Positions 29,458-43,500 of a DNA stretch of 64,000 bases are shown one piece after another. The stretch is from the NCBI RefSeq assembly GCF_964355755.1, contig NC_092672.1, forward strand, positions 14,198,001 to 14,262,000. Reading direction: 5' to 3'. The position numbers were made by a program, and so were the translations under genes. The stretch is from Antedon mediterranea. Taxonomy: Eukaryota; Animalia; Echinodermata. Position 1 is the stretch's first letter. Every line of letters starts with the position of its first letter. The notes beneath the pieces were generated by a model, which did not search any database, was not told where the DNA came from, and saw nothing but the letters and a program-made list of their open reading frames with translations.

Positions 29458-30399
29458 GTAGGTATAATTGTGTATAATATTGTTAAACATTAGCTATAGA
29501 CTAGAAGGCTAATCTATATTATTAGTCCCCTCGCTAGGCCTAGGCTAGTCTCTAGGTAGAAGCCTAGCCAGACAGAGAGAGGCTACTACTACTAGGCTAG
29601 GCTAGGCCCTGGCTTAGCTAGCTTGTCTGACTTCTAGCCTAGCTAGTAGTAGGCCTAGGCTTTATGACCTAGACCTACTGCTACTAGGCCTAGCCTAGGA
29701 ATTAGCCTAGCTAGCTAGAGCAGTAAGTACAGTAGACTACTAAGTAAGCCCCCCTTAATTACCTACTTGGGGTGGGGGTTGGGGATCTAGCCTCTCTAGG
29801 GCTAGGGCCTACTGGTAGCGAGACGATTCGGCCCTGAGATGATTCGGCACACACACTTAATTGATATGCATTTTATAATAAACATAAAATAAGCTTTTTT
29901 ACTGTATGCGCTCTAGCTCTACATACATGCACTCACTAACATTATTTGTATGTACATAGTTTATTACATTTGTATCACAAACTCGTGGGAAGAACACCCT
30001 TAATTTATTTTATGCCATATGGTGAACAATTATAAATCCATTCGTTTTCATGTACCCGATCGTATTTCCTTTATTTTTATAACGAGCCGATCGTCTAATT
30101 ATTTTGGCCCGTTCGTCTTAGGCGTTGAGCCCAAACGTCCACAAAGTTGGGCCCGAACGTCTGTCAATCAGTATTACTAGGGGGCTAATACTACTTTAAC
30201 TACTCCAGTTGAGTAAGCTAGGCCTATTATTACTAGCCTACTCATTAGGCTAGACAGGCCTAATTTAAAATGTAACTTGAAAAAAGTGAAGTTGGATCAA
30301 AACGTAATCAAGAGATTGAGAAAAGAAGTAAGTAGGCCTAGTTACTACTACAGTAAGGGCCGCCTAAACGTACCAAGAAAGCTAACTAGAGAGAGGTTG

Positions 30400-31333
30400 T
30401 GTTTTGGCCCTGAGACGATTTGGCACACTTAAATTTATCGGCTTTGATATGCATTTTATAAGCATAAAATAAGCTTTTTTCCCCAAACTTTATTTTCAGA
30501 GAGACTATGGGGTAGTACTACTAAGGATAAAGATGCAATCAAGCAAACATTTTGAAAACATTGTCGAAAATGATCATTTTTTAGTCACGCGAACGAGTTA
30601 CGCCCTATGTTGGCCGCTTGGCGAATGCATGAAATAAACAAGGTTTTCGAAGTAAAAAATTGAATATAAAATTTTGTTTTTTTAGTAATTTATTATATTA
30701 TATCAAAATTGTCAATATCAATAAAATAAAAAAATAAAGCATCTTTAAAAACTTGATAAATACCCAATTTAAAAATGAATATGAATTTGGTCTAAAGTGA
30801 GACGTTTCGGCCCACAAAGTGGGATGTTTCGGCCCAATAGTGGGCCGAATCGTCCCACCAATAATAATAATAATGATTTAGGTATTTGTATAGCGCCAGA
30901 ATCAACTAAACCGAAGTAAAAATCAAAGGCGCTTATATTGGATGTTAAAAAGATGCGTTTTAAGTTCTTTGTTAAAAATAGCAATAAAAGTTGAATGAGT
31001 AAAATGACGAGAGAAGGAGCAGAGAACATAAAAGACCTTTGTCCATAAGATTTGATAAGTAGTAGGTTTTGATCAGCCGAACGAAGACAAGCAATAGGGG
31101 TGTAGGTGGGAAGAAGATCAAGGAGATAATAATAGATAATAGGAGATATGTGTGAGGATCTTCTAGTAAGAGTTAGAATGCGTGCAGCAGTGCTCTGGAG
31201 ACGTTGAAGTCGATTCATTGAAGATTTCGGTAGGACAAAAAAAAGAGAGTTGCAATAATCAAGGCGAGAAGTGGCAGAGGCATTTATTAATGTAGAGGCA
31301 GTACACAAAAGTGGGCCGAATTGTCCTGGAACC
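30400..31333 (-). mobile_element. Inverted copy of the 4425-4985 MULE-like MITE, split by a LINE fragment
   Basis: 30400-30860 is the reverse complement of the 4490-4970 internal sequence. The remaining terminus AAAAGTGGGCCGAATTGTCCTGGAACC resumes at about 31307. Confidence 0.75.
30861..31305 (-). mobile_element. L2-group LINE 3' fragment
   Basis: Minus-strand translation SRLDYCNSL..LPKSSMNRLQRLQSTAARILT..HISPI..YGQRSFMFSAP, ending GGCGCTATACAAAT..(ATT)n. Confidence 0.75.
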
Positions 31334-31530
31334 AACAGCCCCTCTATCATACCGCCATGTTAGAGACTTCCTTCCTAAGCTATTACTAGGCAGTATTGTA
31401 GGTGGCTTATAACTAGGCATAGTTGTATTAAGTGCTTTAATCATAGTGTAATTTGGTTTTCTGCACAATGAGTTAAGATTCTAAATAATATACAATATTT
31501 AAAGAGTTTGATTTATATATTATTATCAGG

Positions 31531-34500
31531 ATGAATGGTGCCACAAATCATAATGGAAGTGAAGGGTCTGCACAAGTGCAAGAAGAAACTAAGAAAACTG
31601 CAACTTCAAACACTTCAGAAAAAATAGTAATTCTGGACGCTGGAGCACAGTATGGAAAGGTAAAGTAGGATGATGGTGAACAATGTATGAATACAAAATT
31701 ACTAAAAAATTCTTGGCTTTTGACAGATTTAACATAACAGTGTAAACTGTGGAAACCTAAAGAAAGCCTCCAAGTGGGTTGGAGGAGGTTTTCATAGGGG
31801 TTAAGGGGATTGGAGCAAGGCTTTTACAGTTATGAAATAACTGATAAAGTACCCACAATATTTGAATAATGTAAGTGAAAATATTAATTAGGAGCACAGT
31901 ATGAGAAATGGTATGTAATTAATCTCAATGCTAAGTGAAATAGTAATTGTGACTTCTGGAGCACAGTATGAAATGGTATTTAATCTCAATGCTAAGTGAA
32001 ATAGTAATTGTGACTTCTGGAGCACAGTATGAAATAATATGTAATCTCAATGGTAAAGTGAAATAGCAATTGTCTTTTTTTTTGTACAGCATTGTATTAC
32101 ATTTTTTTTCAGGTGATTGATAGAAAGGTTCGTGAGCTTTGCGTAGATACGGATATAATGCCATTGGAGACACCAGCGTTCATCATTAAGGAAAAAGGCT
32201 ACAAGTAAGTTTAAACAACGCTTACTTTTGAATGTAACACAAAGAGGTGATGCCACTAGATTAGTTACCATTGATTGCAGTTTTTATTGTATATGAGACA
32301 ACAGATATTTCAGAAGTATTTAATTGCAGCTAGAATATTATTTTCACAATGTATTTTGCTCATCAACCTGAATACCCCAAGAAAAAAGGCCTGAATACCC
32401 CAAGAAAAAAAGGCCTGAATACCCCAAGAAAAAAAGGCCTGAATACCCCAAGAAAAAAAGGCCTGAATACCCCAAGAAAAAGGCCTGAATACCCCAAGAA
32501 AAAAAGGCCTGAATACCCCAAGAAAAAGGCCTGAATACCCCAAGAAAAAGGCCTGAATACCCCAAGAAAAAGGCCTGAATACCCCAAGAAAAAAAGGCCT
32601 GAATACCCCCAAGAAAAAGGCCTGAATACCCCAAGAAAAAAAGGCCTGAATACCCCAAGAAAAAGGCCTGAATACCCCAAGAAAAAGGCCTGAATACCCC
32701 AAGAAAAAAAGGCCTGAATACCCCAAGAAAAAGGCCTGAATACCCCAAGAAAAAGGCCTGAATACCCCAAGAAAAAAAGGCCTGAATACCCCAAGAAAAA
32801 GGCCTGAATACCCCAAGAAAAAGGCCTGAATACCCCAAGAAAAAGGCCTGAATACCCCAAGAAAAAAAGGCCTGAATACCCCAAGAAAAAGGCCTGAATA
32901 CCCCAAGAAAAAAAGGCCTGAATACCCCAAGAAAAAGGCCTGAATACCCCAAGAAAAAAAGGCCTGAATACCCCAAGAAAAAGGCCTGAATACCCCAAGA
33001 AAAAAAGGCCTGAATACCCCAAGAAAAAAAGGCCTGAATACCCCAAGAAAAAGGCCTGAATACCCCAAGAAAAAAAGGCCTGAATACCCCAAGAAAAAAA
33101 GGCCTGAATACCCCAAGAAAAAAAGGCCTGAATACCCCAAGAAAAAGGCCTGAATACCCCAAGAAAAAAAGGCCTGAATACCCCAAGAAAAAAAGGCCTG
33201 AATACCCCAAGAAAAAAAGGCCTGAATACCCCAAGAAAAAAAGGCCTGAATACCCCAAGAAAAAAAGGCCTGAATACCCCAAGAAAAAAAGGCCTGAATA
33301 CCCCAAGAAAAAAAGGCCTGAATACCCCAAGAAAAAAAGGCCTGAATACCCCAAGAAAAAAAGGCCTGAATACCCCAAGAAAAAAAGGCCTGAATACCCC
33401 AAGAAAAAAAGGCCTGAATACCCCAAGAAAAAAAGGCCTGAATACCCCAAGAAAAAAAGGCCTGAATACCCCAAGAAAAAAAGGCCTGAATACCCCAAGA
33501 AAAAAAGGCCTGAATACCCCAAGAAAAAAAGGCCTGAATACCCCAAGAAAAAAAGGCCTGAATACCCCAAGAAAAAAAGGCCTGAATACCCCAAGAAAAA
33601 AAGGCCTGAATACCCCAAGAAAAAAAGGCCTGAATACCCCAAGAAAAAAATAAAAGGCCTGAATACCCCCAAGAAAAAAATAAAAGGCCTGAATTACTTG
33701 GCCCACTGCTCAATTTCATGAAATAATACCTACTTTCTGTATACAGTTACTTAAAAAATCTGTACATTTTTTACGATGATTAAATTAGCTTGCTTTGCAA
33801 TAAATAAAGATGTGTATGCTAGCAATTTTTGCAAATAAAAATAAATTTTACTGTCAATTTTTCCTGCCAACCTCGACAAACTGAATGCCAGCATTTTGTG
33901 CTGACCTTATTTTTCCTGAAATTTACTGGGCTGAAAAATTATTAAATAAATTTATTTTAACTTTGCCTCTACAGTAAAAGTACAATATTGCTGGCATAAT
34001 TGGAAGAAGTATTTGATCATATGTTTTTTATTTAGTTTATTATTTAAAGATGTATTGTCCCTTGAAACGCAAAAAATGAAGGTCAAAATATTCTAAATTT
34101 AAATTGGCCATATCAAAGTAATATATTAAAGTTATTCACTTTAAGTCGAAAATTCAAGCCAAAAACAACAAGTTTACGTAATTAACAGGTAAATTAATTT
34201 GATTACATTTTGTCTGGAAAATCGTCGCGAGCGAAAGTAAATAAAGATTTGATGATGATGCTCATTAGGATTGTTTACAACTTGTCACAGTTAAGAAGGT
34301 GTTTTCACACAGATCGCGAGGAAGTTTTATAATTATGCATACAGAGTAGCCAAACAAGCGAGATTAGATACTGTATGTTTTGATTGAAAACTTTGACTGG
34401 AAGTCAGTTATTTTTACAAAAAAACGTCTGTATTTCAGTTAAATGATTTTTTTTTTACTCTTCTCTTTAAACTTGTATTACTTTGTAGAGCAATTATAAT

Positions 34501-37500
34501 TTCTGGAGGTCCTGGTAGTGTAAATGATGATGAGCCTGCACTGTATGACCCTGCTATTTTTACCTCTGGTCTGCCTGTACTTGGTATATGCTATGGTATG
34601 CAGGTAAGTCTATCACCACACAATATTAAGATCATCTCTCAATAATATAAGTAATTTGATTTAATCAGAAATAGGCCTTACGGTGAAGATGAAAACATTT
34701 TTTCTTGTTCCTCATTAAGCATAATAAGTGAACTCTCTTGATTCATATACATAAAAATAAATTAATCACGTATTAAAAAGTTCCACGAAAATTTTCCTGA
34801 CATTTTAAAGAAATCTTGATTTTAAAAGTATAAAAGAATATATTTTCGCAGTTGCCATTTTGTATCACATGACATCAGTTAAACCAATCATACGCGACGT
34901 TTAGGCAGCAGACGTCAAAATCACACGATGTAAACACAAAATGGCGTCCGACGAGGAAGGATCTTCTCGCTCAGACAAAGTAAAGTTGAAATGTTTTTTC
35001 CAAATTTACAAGCATTCAAATGAAATTATCAGTCCAATTACTGAGATTCGATGGAATAAAGTGTTGCTCTGTTCAAAGAGTTGGATAAAATTAGATGGAG
35101 ACGGCAAGGAAATCGCCATACATTTGACGGAGCTTCTTGGTATGTCTGATGAAGGTAAATCGTTTGACGATGTCGTACGCGAGCATCCAGGCTTAGGTTT
35201 TCATGCTACCTGTTACAGGCGATATACTGATACATCTCGACTAAAAAAGGTAATATTTGGTTTCGATTATTATCAGAATACTCTAAGAGTTAATAATATA
35301 GTTAAATGATACAGTATATAGGGTGCTACTGATCTATATATCTATAGATAGGCCTAGATCTATATTGTGCCCTTAGTTTCTGTGCTTGGTTGTTGATTGG
35401 GCTTTCTACTACTGTAGTACCAGTACTACTACGTAGGCCTAGGCCCTAGGCCATATTATATTATACAGTATATATTATTCAGTAGGCTACACAATTAATT
35501 TTAGTTAAATACCAATATAAGCTCTATATTCTGGAAAGTGAGTAAAACGTAACTTTCTAAAACTCTTGTTGGTTTTTTGAATTTACATTTTTAATTTTTT
35601 TTTTTATTTGCTTCAGTCTAAAATGTTGAATTTTTAAACACCAAAATCTATAAAATATTAAAATATATTTTAATAATATTTATTATTTTTTACAGGGAAT
35701 TGGAAAGTGTTTTTTTAAAATATAAGCAAAGCTATAAGGTATTTTGCAGAGATGTAATTGATAAACGGTTACAGTATGGACAGGAGATACCAAGACTCGC
35801 AAAACTCCAAAAGCTTTTCATGAAATCAATTGAAAAAACAGAAAATGTTTACTTGTCAACTATAAGGTAGGCTGTCGATCCCTTCTTAAAAACGATGAAA
35901 TAATTGTAATATTTTTGAGATCCAGTTGCTGTAATAATTTCTTCATTGTATCTGTGTTACAATTAATTATAATCAATTAATCTGTTATTTATAGATCAGA
36001 CGTGTTGAAGAAGAAGCTCAGGATGGATTATCCTAACCTAATTTTTCATTCACCCACAAGAAGGTTAGTTGCTTAGTGTGTTTATATTAAATGATTATTT
36101 CACCAGGGATAATTTAAAAAAAAATCTTTTTGTGGATTGGTCAAACTAAATATTTTGTTTATTTTTTCTTAATTAGAAATGAATCAGTTCTGGTGTACTT
36201 TAGCAATGTATCCCCTGGATTTGTGGCTGATCCATTTTTGTCATCAGGAAAAAGTACAACGGAGACAGATGAATCATCAGAGTATGACATATCATATATC
36301 ATATCATTTATTTCGCCAATATACAGAACAGTACAAAAAAACAATACAAAAGTAAGTCAATGAGGCCGGATAACCTAAAAGTTACAAATAAAAATAACCG
36401 TCGAGAGGCTCTCCACATCGAAATACTTACATAAAATGAATAATACATGGATTCTATTAAAATTTAGATAAAACTATAAAATTCAGACATAGATATTCCA
36501 ACTACTTCTACAACACACGAAATCTCCACTGATGGTGACAATAGAGACAAACTAAGGACTCTATATTTTGCAGGTACGGTTAAAATACAATAACTTGTAT
36601 ATATTGGTTTATTTTTAAATAACAACAATAAATGTTATTGCATAATTAAGGAAATGCTGTGGATCAAAGAGGTGAAAGCTGTATGCACTCAAAAAACAAA
36701 ACTGTTATGATAGTAAGTGGTGTCGATCATAAATGCTGTACACAATACAGTATATGCTTTATATAAATTTATTATTACTATGTTTCATTCATCGAATGCT
36801 ATAAAATATACTTGCAGGTACGATAGTAAATAATGCCATCAAATCAAACAAAGGTATGCAGAGTGAATGGCCTCCAAGAGCAGCAGACATTAATGATGTT
36901 GACATATCTGAAATTGTGCCATATGAGTTGTTTAATCTAATCGCAAAGTGTGTTGGTGCTGCAGAAGATACTATACAAACCTCATTTTCAGATGTTACTG
37001 AAGAAACTCGAACGAAAATTTTATCGATATGCCAGGAAATCCTGTACCTTGGAAAGGAAGAAGGCAGACTCCAAAGTCACTTGCTCTAGGATTAACTGTT
37101 CGAGTGTGAATGAGATGAGTGTGAAAACAGGACAGGAGAAGAAGAAGAAGAAAAAGAAGACACACCAGACTATGGCATTGAAGATGATGAATTAGACTAT
37201 GATGAATTGGACTATGAGGAATTAGACTATATGAGGAAGATGAATATGAAATATACTGTAGTTTATACGGTTTTGAATGCAACAAAATCATCATAAAAAG
37301 TAACTGTAATGTAATAGGCCTACACTATAACCAATGTGAAACACTACCATGGTTATGCAAACAGAAACTGTGAGCATGTGAATAAAAAAAAAGATTTAAA
37401 AAAAATGAAAACAAAATGGAAACCATGAGAATATAAATAAATAATATAACCATGAGAATATAATAATAAAAACTGTAACCATGAGAATATAATAATAAAA

Positions 37501-40500
37501 ACTGTAACCATGAGAATATAATAATAAAAACTGTAACCATGAGAATATAAATAAATAATGTAACCATGAGAATATAATAATAAAAACTGTAACCATGAGA
37601 ATATAAAGAAAAATAGTAACTATGAGAATATAAAGAAATTGTATAACCATTAAAAGAAATTGTGTAACCATGAGAATATAAAGAAAAATATTAACCATGA
37701 GAATAAATACAATTACATTGAAACAAAACAAATATTTGATGTTTGTATTTTATTTAATAATTTAAATTTACTATTGCATTGGTGTTTATTACTAGGAATA
37801 TGTGTTCTATATGTTTCACAGTTAAATCATATCAGTCACTATGTACATCCTACGGTATAAACTTAGCATTATTGCTGCTGTATTTCTACTGCTATTAATA
37901 GCCTACCTGTCGGGAGAAAGCATTATACGAACAGTTGAAGCCATTTGTAATTATAAATGTTTTAATGTCGGGGGATAATTATTAACTCTAAATTTCAATT
38001 TTAGAGTTAATATAAATTTGTATTCACCAAATTTATTTAAAAAAATAAAGAATAAATCTATTTTGATAATAAATAACTTGCCTATATATTTCTTATAAAC
38101 CGTGATAATAATAGTACAGTCTAGTTATAGTGCGCCACCAGTTGTTTCAGCCTCGCTATTTCGTAAGAAATCGTTGGCATATTTACCAACTTTAACGGTA
38201 ATTTTCTACCAAACGCCAGGTATTTTTTTGTGGAACTTTTACTTTTTGTACTATTAGTATTTATTTAGAACAGTATATGTGGTAAAAAAGTATTATGCTT
38301 GATGAGGAACGGGATTGCTTTTCCAGGCATCATTTCAGCTTCGCCGTAAGGCCTAAAAATACCTTCAATATTTTATTTCAATTATACATCCATTGGCCAA
38401 TTATAGGATAATTAAACAATAACATTTTAAAATTCACTTAGTTACAGTAAAAATGATTTCTACAGTACATTAAAACAATAACAGTTACAAACTTAAAAGA
38501 TAAAATATTAACAATATTAACATTTAATACATACATATTAACAAAAATAATTAATAATTTAATGACTGCTTTAAAAAGGTTTTATATAATATCGATTAAT
38601 GGTGTGGTTTACTAACTTATTATATGAATTGAAGGGGTAATCTGTGGATAAAACAATTGTTTGAAAATGAACGACGTGAGCCAGGTTTATTGATGAACCT
38701 GAACCTTTCCAGTACAATTCTGTCATTTTGATGCTTCATTTACCCCCCCACACCAGGATCTTTCCCCACCCATGTACTTTAAAACCTTCATAGTACAAAT
38801 TGGTATCATCATCATACCATATTAATATCCTGTTATTAGCACAAAAAAACTATAATACTAATAATTATTTTTTGCAGATGATGAACAAAGAATTTGGTGG
38901 TACAATTCACAAGAAAGAAACAAGAGAAGATGGCCAGTATAAGATAACAATAAATAACAAGATAAAGATTTTTAAAGGTCTGGATGTCGAACAAATGGTT
39001 CTTTTAACGCATGGTGACAGTATTGGTGAAATTGCAAAGAACTTTGAAGAGTGTGCAAGGTCAGGCAATATTGTGGCAGGTTAGTCATTCAGTTAGTTAA
39101 ATCACATTGAATAAATTGTTTCTACAGAGTACATCCAAAAATATGGCCACTGTTTTCTGTGGCAACAGATCATTTATCTTTTTTTATTTTTTTTAACCAC
39201 CATATTTAATGAGGGTGATCCATCCAGCAATTGCTTATCATTAGGGACCCTCAGAGGTTCACAAGACAAACATATACACAAGATGCTCTACATAAACAAA
39301 GTCTTATTACAAGTCTTTGGGAGTGGAGTTGTAATTTTGTCCTTAGAAAAAATCCTGACATGTGACGGGACTTGAACCCAGGACCCTTGGAGTGGTAGCC
39401 AAGCATCATAACCACCAAGCCACAACTCCACTCGATCTTTTCTTTTGCTTTCTTTTTGCTCATCTTTGGAATGGTCTGCCACAAGCTATTAAAAAGGCAA
39501 CATCTTTTTACTTCTTATTGTGATAGGATAGACATATATTCTTTTTCTTGTTCCGGCGAGCTCTCATGTTTTCTGCTTTTTTTGGTTATATTAGGATATT
39601 TTATGATCTTTTTTGTGTGTGAAGTGCCTAGAAACATTGTATTAGGTGATACTATATAAGACTAGCCTTATTATTATTTTCTTAGGTATTGCTAATGAAA
39701 AGGAAAAACTATATGGAGTGCAGTTCCATCCTGAAGTAGATTTGTCAGACAATGGTCGCCAAATGTTGCATCGATTTCTGTATGATGTTGCCAATTGCAC
39801 TGGGTCGTATACAATAGAGGGCAGACAGGCTGGATGTCTGAAGGAGATCAAGGACATAGTGGGTGAAAAAAAAGTATTGGTAAGTATCAACTCGCCTACT
39901 ATACTAATTTGAAACATCAAATGACAATAATGTACCAAAGCTAGAGCCCTGAAAATAAGCGACGGCATTACTGTACTATGTATGTTTTTTCAACACATAT
40001 ATACTGTGTATATACATAATACACTGGGATTTATTTTATGTAGGACATTATCCTTGCACTTAGGCCTAGCTCACAACCATTCAAACTTGCAAAGTTAAAA
40101 CCATCCCCATAAAAATGCTTACATTTTGCCATTTACATCATAATTTTTTGCTAAGGTAAAAAATCAACCAGTGACCTGATTTTGTAATATTAATGTAATA
40201 TAATATGTTTTTGGTTTTTGTTAAATGGTTGTAAATGCTTAGCTTTGACATACAAAACTACAATTATTAATGTAACAAATGTTATCATCTTGGCATGTTA
40301 ATTAATCTTGTTACATGTTGTCTTTTAGGTGCTTGTAAGTGGTGGTGTAGACTCCACTGTTTGTGCTGCATTGCTGTATAAAGTAAGTTAGAGGTTTCAT
40401 ATCAAAAGTGTTCAACACCCAACTCTTTATTACTGGAGATCATTTGCTTGCTAATGTGTCTCGCATGCATACAAAGCAAATAAAAGCGAATTGGTTTGAA

Positions 40501-43500
40501 ATTGAACAGCGTGTGGAAGCTGAACGTACATTTCTAGTATCACTCCATGTTTATCATATTTCATTTTTTTACAAACTTTTGCATTTTCTATTTCACCTTG
40601 AACATTGTTGTTGTATTATAGGCACTAGATGAAGAGCAAGTATTTGCAGTCCATATTGACAATGGCTTCATGAGAAAACAAGAAAGTTCAAATGTGTTGG
40701 AGTCACTTGAAAAGATTGGTCTTAAGGTCAAAGGTTATTAGCTATTTATAATTTTTTAAATTTTATTTTCTCAGAAGTTTCTCGGGTTCCCTCTTGAACA
40801 TCACACAGCTGGTTAAATTTGTACAAAATTTGCATTTTAAAAATCCAATTTGTTTATGTAATATACAGTTTGATGTTTGACCTTGGTCCTGTTTAAAAAA
40901 AAAAATGTTTTTAAAATTATTTTTATATGGTCAGTGATTTCTTGAAAATATTTTATTGTAGTTGTGAATGCAGCAATGACGTTTTACAATGCCACTACCA
41001 CGATAGCAGTTAATAAAACCAATAAATCAGCAAGGAGAACCACAAGCTCACTAAATACCACATACGAACCAGAAGAAAAAAGAAAAATAATTGGCGATAC
41101 GTTCATGAGTACAGCTGAAGAGATTTGTAATGAATTAAATTTAAAGCCAGAAGATACATTATTAGCACAAGGTAACTAATTTCATAATACAAGTATTATA
41201 AAATATATAGTAGTATAGTATACTACTATATAGTAGTATAGTATAGTATTTGTTTTACAAATAAGAAAATAGTTATTTTTGTCTTCAAATAGCCATTTCT
41301 TTTTGTTGATTTTCACACTGAATATAACACATGAGGGAATTTCAGTTTTTTCCACTGTCATCGGGGTGGATCCAAATAATGCAAGGAATGTGATGCGTAA
41401 ATCAACCAATCAAATGTCCAGGATACACAGTCTGTTACAATAGATAGAATCAAAGTAGAATACAAAAATTTATACAGTAGAAAATGACAAAAATGTAGTA
41501 AAAAGTGATAAGTAAACAACAATAAAGTGTTTATAGGACTGATTGATTGCAAACATCGTAATAGAACGGCTGGAAAATGTCATATAATGAATTGTATTTT
41601 GTAGGTACTCTTAGACCAGACTTGATAGAAAGTGCGTCATCGTTAGCCAGTGGTTGTGCCGATGCTATCAAAACTCATCACAATGACACAGATTTAGTCA
41701 GACATCTAAGAAATGAAGGAAAGGTTGTTGAACCATTAAAAGAATTTCATAAAGATGAAGTTCGTGTTCTTGGAAGAGAACTTGGTTTACCAACAGAACT
41801 CGTTCAAAGGCATCCGTTTCCAGGTTAGTAATAGGTTGTGTTTGCTCAAAATATATTCAATTTTCCAATTATCACCAAACTCAAATTTGCTTAGTCTTTT
41901 ATAGTGAAACATTAAAAAGTATTATTAGGTTACTAGGAAAGACACCTGCGTTTTTAGAAGTGTATTATAAAATGTGATGCCTCCTTGATAATATTTTATA
42001 ATAAATGAACATGCAATGTCTGTAATTACATAATATTGATATGTCATACTGTAGTGAAAAATCTTAACAAATGATTAACTGAAAAAACAGCCGGTAATTC
42101 ACTATATCATCGTCACTATAAAAGTGATCCTAACCCTAACCATAACATCGGCATGGGTTCGAGGTAGTAGAACAAGTCTTCTCGGGAAAGACTATAAACC
42201 GCATGTCCGGTGTGCACATCTGGCTTATGTGCACTTTAAAGAAGCTACTACATCTTTCAAGATGATCAGGAGGTTACCCTGGAGTACTAGTATACACACT
42301 GCCATTGCCACCCTCAATGCTAAAAAAACTTGTGAATTAATTGTGAGTTGTAAGAAAAACAAGTCGATATTTAATCCTCTAATTATTAATAAATGTAGTG
42401 TTAACCAGGTTTGCCGTACTAAGCTCCTTGGAATTATTATATGTGACAATTTATCATGGCAACCCCATATTGATTCTTTGATAGCTAAATCAAACTCACG
42501 GTTATATTTCCTTAAACAATTGCGCCGGTCAGGTCTAGACGCCCAAGCCTTATGCTATTTCTATTGTTGTGTTATCAGACCTGTACTAGAATACGCCGTC
42601 CCCGTTTGGGGAACGTGCTTAACTAAATTGCAGTCTGACCAACTGGAAAGTATCCAACGAAGGGCGCTTAGAATCACGTTCCCAGAGCTCAGTTACAACA
42701 AAGCAATGGCTCAATGTAATGTGCCTGTGCTATGTGAACGTCGAATTAGACTGTGCAAGGATTACTATCAGAAACTTAAAAACCCTTCCCATAGACTACA
42801 TCACCTTCTTCCAAAAGCGCCTAAATCTAGATACAATTTAAGACAAGTTAAAGAATTTTGCATTCCAAAAATAAAAACGGAACGATCAAAAAATTTTATT
42901 GTAAACTTTGGTCTCTTTCACAAGTGGTAACCGTAAGCATACATATATATCCCTGCACAGTCGCTTCGTTCCCTGACTTGACTTCAGTTTGTCTGTTGTT
43001 CGATGTTTTTGTGTTATTTGATTTATATCGTTGATTGATTTGATATATTTTTTCATTTAAGTATAAGTATATATTTTTGTATAATTCAACCCAAAAGTTG
43101 CAATAAAAGTATTTTTATCAGTTTATCATTGTCACACACAGCCAATCATCATAACTGGGCTTCTGTGAGACCAGTCTTTGACTGAAGAGGTCACCCAGTA
43201 TAATGAAATAATAAATAAGATATTCACATTATAATGAATTACTAAAGTGTGAATGGAATAACGTATGCTATCTATAGAATGAATTATCTGTATGTATATT
43301 CATTTCATGACAACAACAAATTACCTTATTTTAATAAACTGAAATATTGTGATAGTAATATCTTTTTACACAATATTATGCTTTAGGACCAGGACTTGCA
43401 ATTCGTATATTATGCGCAGATGAACCTTATATGTGTAAAGATTTTGCTGAAACTAGTGTTATACTCAAGATTATAGCTGATTATTCCAACACTATGCAAA

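Noticed and set aside
32367-33693. CRISPR-like appearance of this array and of 63398-63771
   Set aside because: Units are head-to-tail with no unique spacers, there are no cas genes, and the context is eukaryotic.
32310-33719. Three 440-470 aa minus-strand ORFs
   Set aside because: They are translations of a stop-free intronic minisatellite, with no coding signature.
37325-37731. Hydrophobic ORFs resembling membrane proteins
   Set aside because: They are translations of an AT-rich tandem repeat.
39353-39432. Functional tRNA gene
   Set aside because: A and B boxes are present but the acceptor stem does not pair well. It is better explained as a SINE head or pseudogene.
42124-42930. 268-aa ORF as a host gene, and TAACCCTAACC as telomeric repeat
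   Set aside because: The ORF is a chance fusion of a SINE piece and a LINE RT tail, and fewer than two telomere-like units are present.
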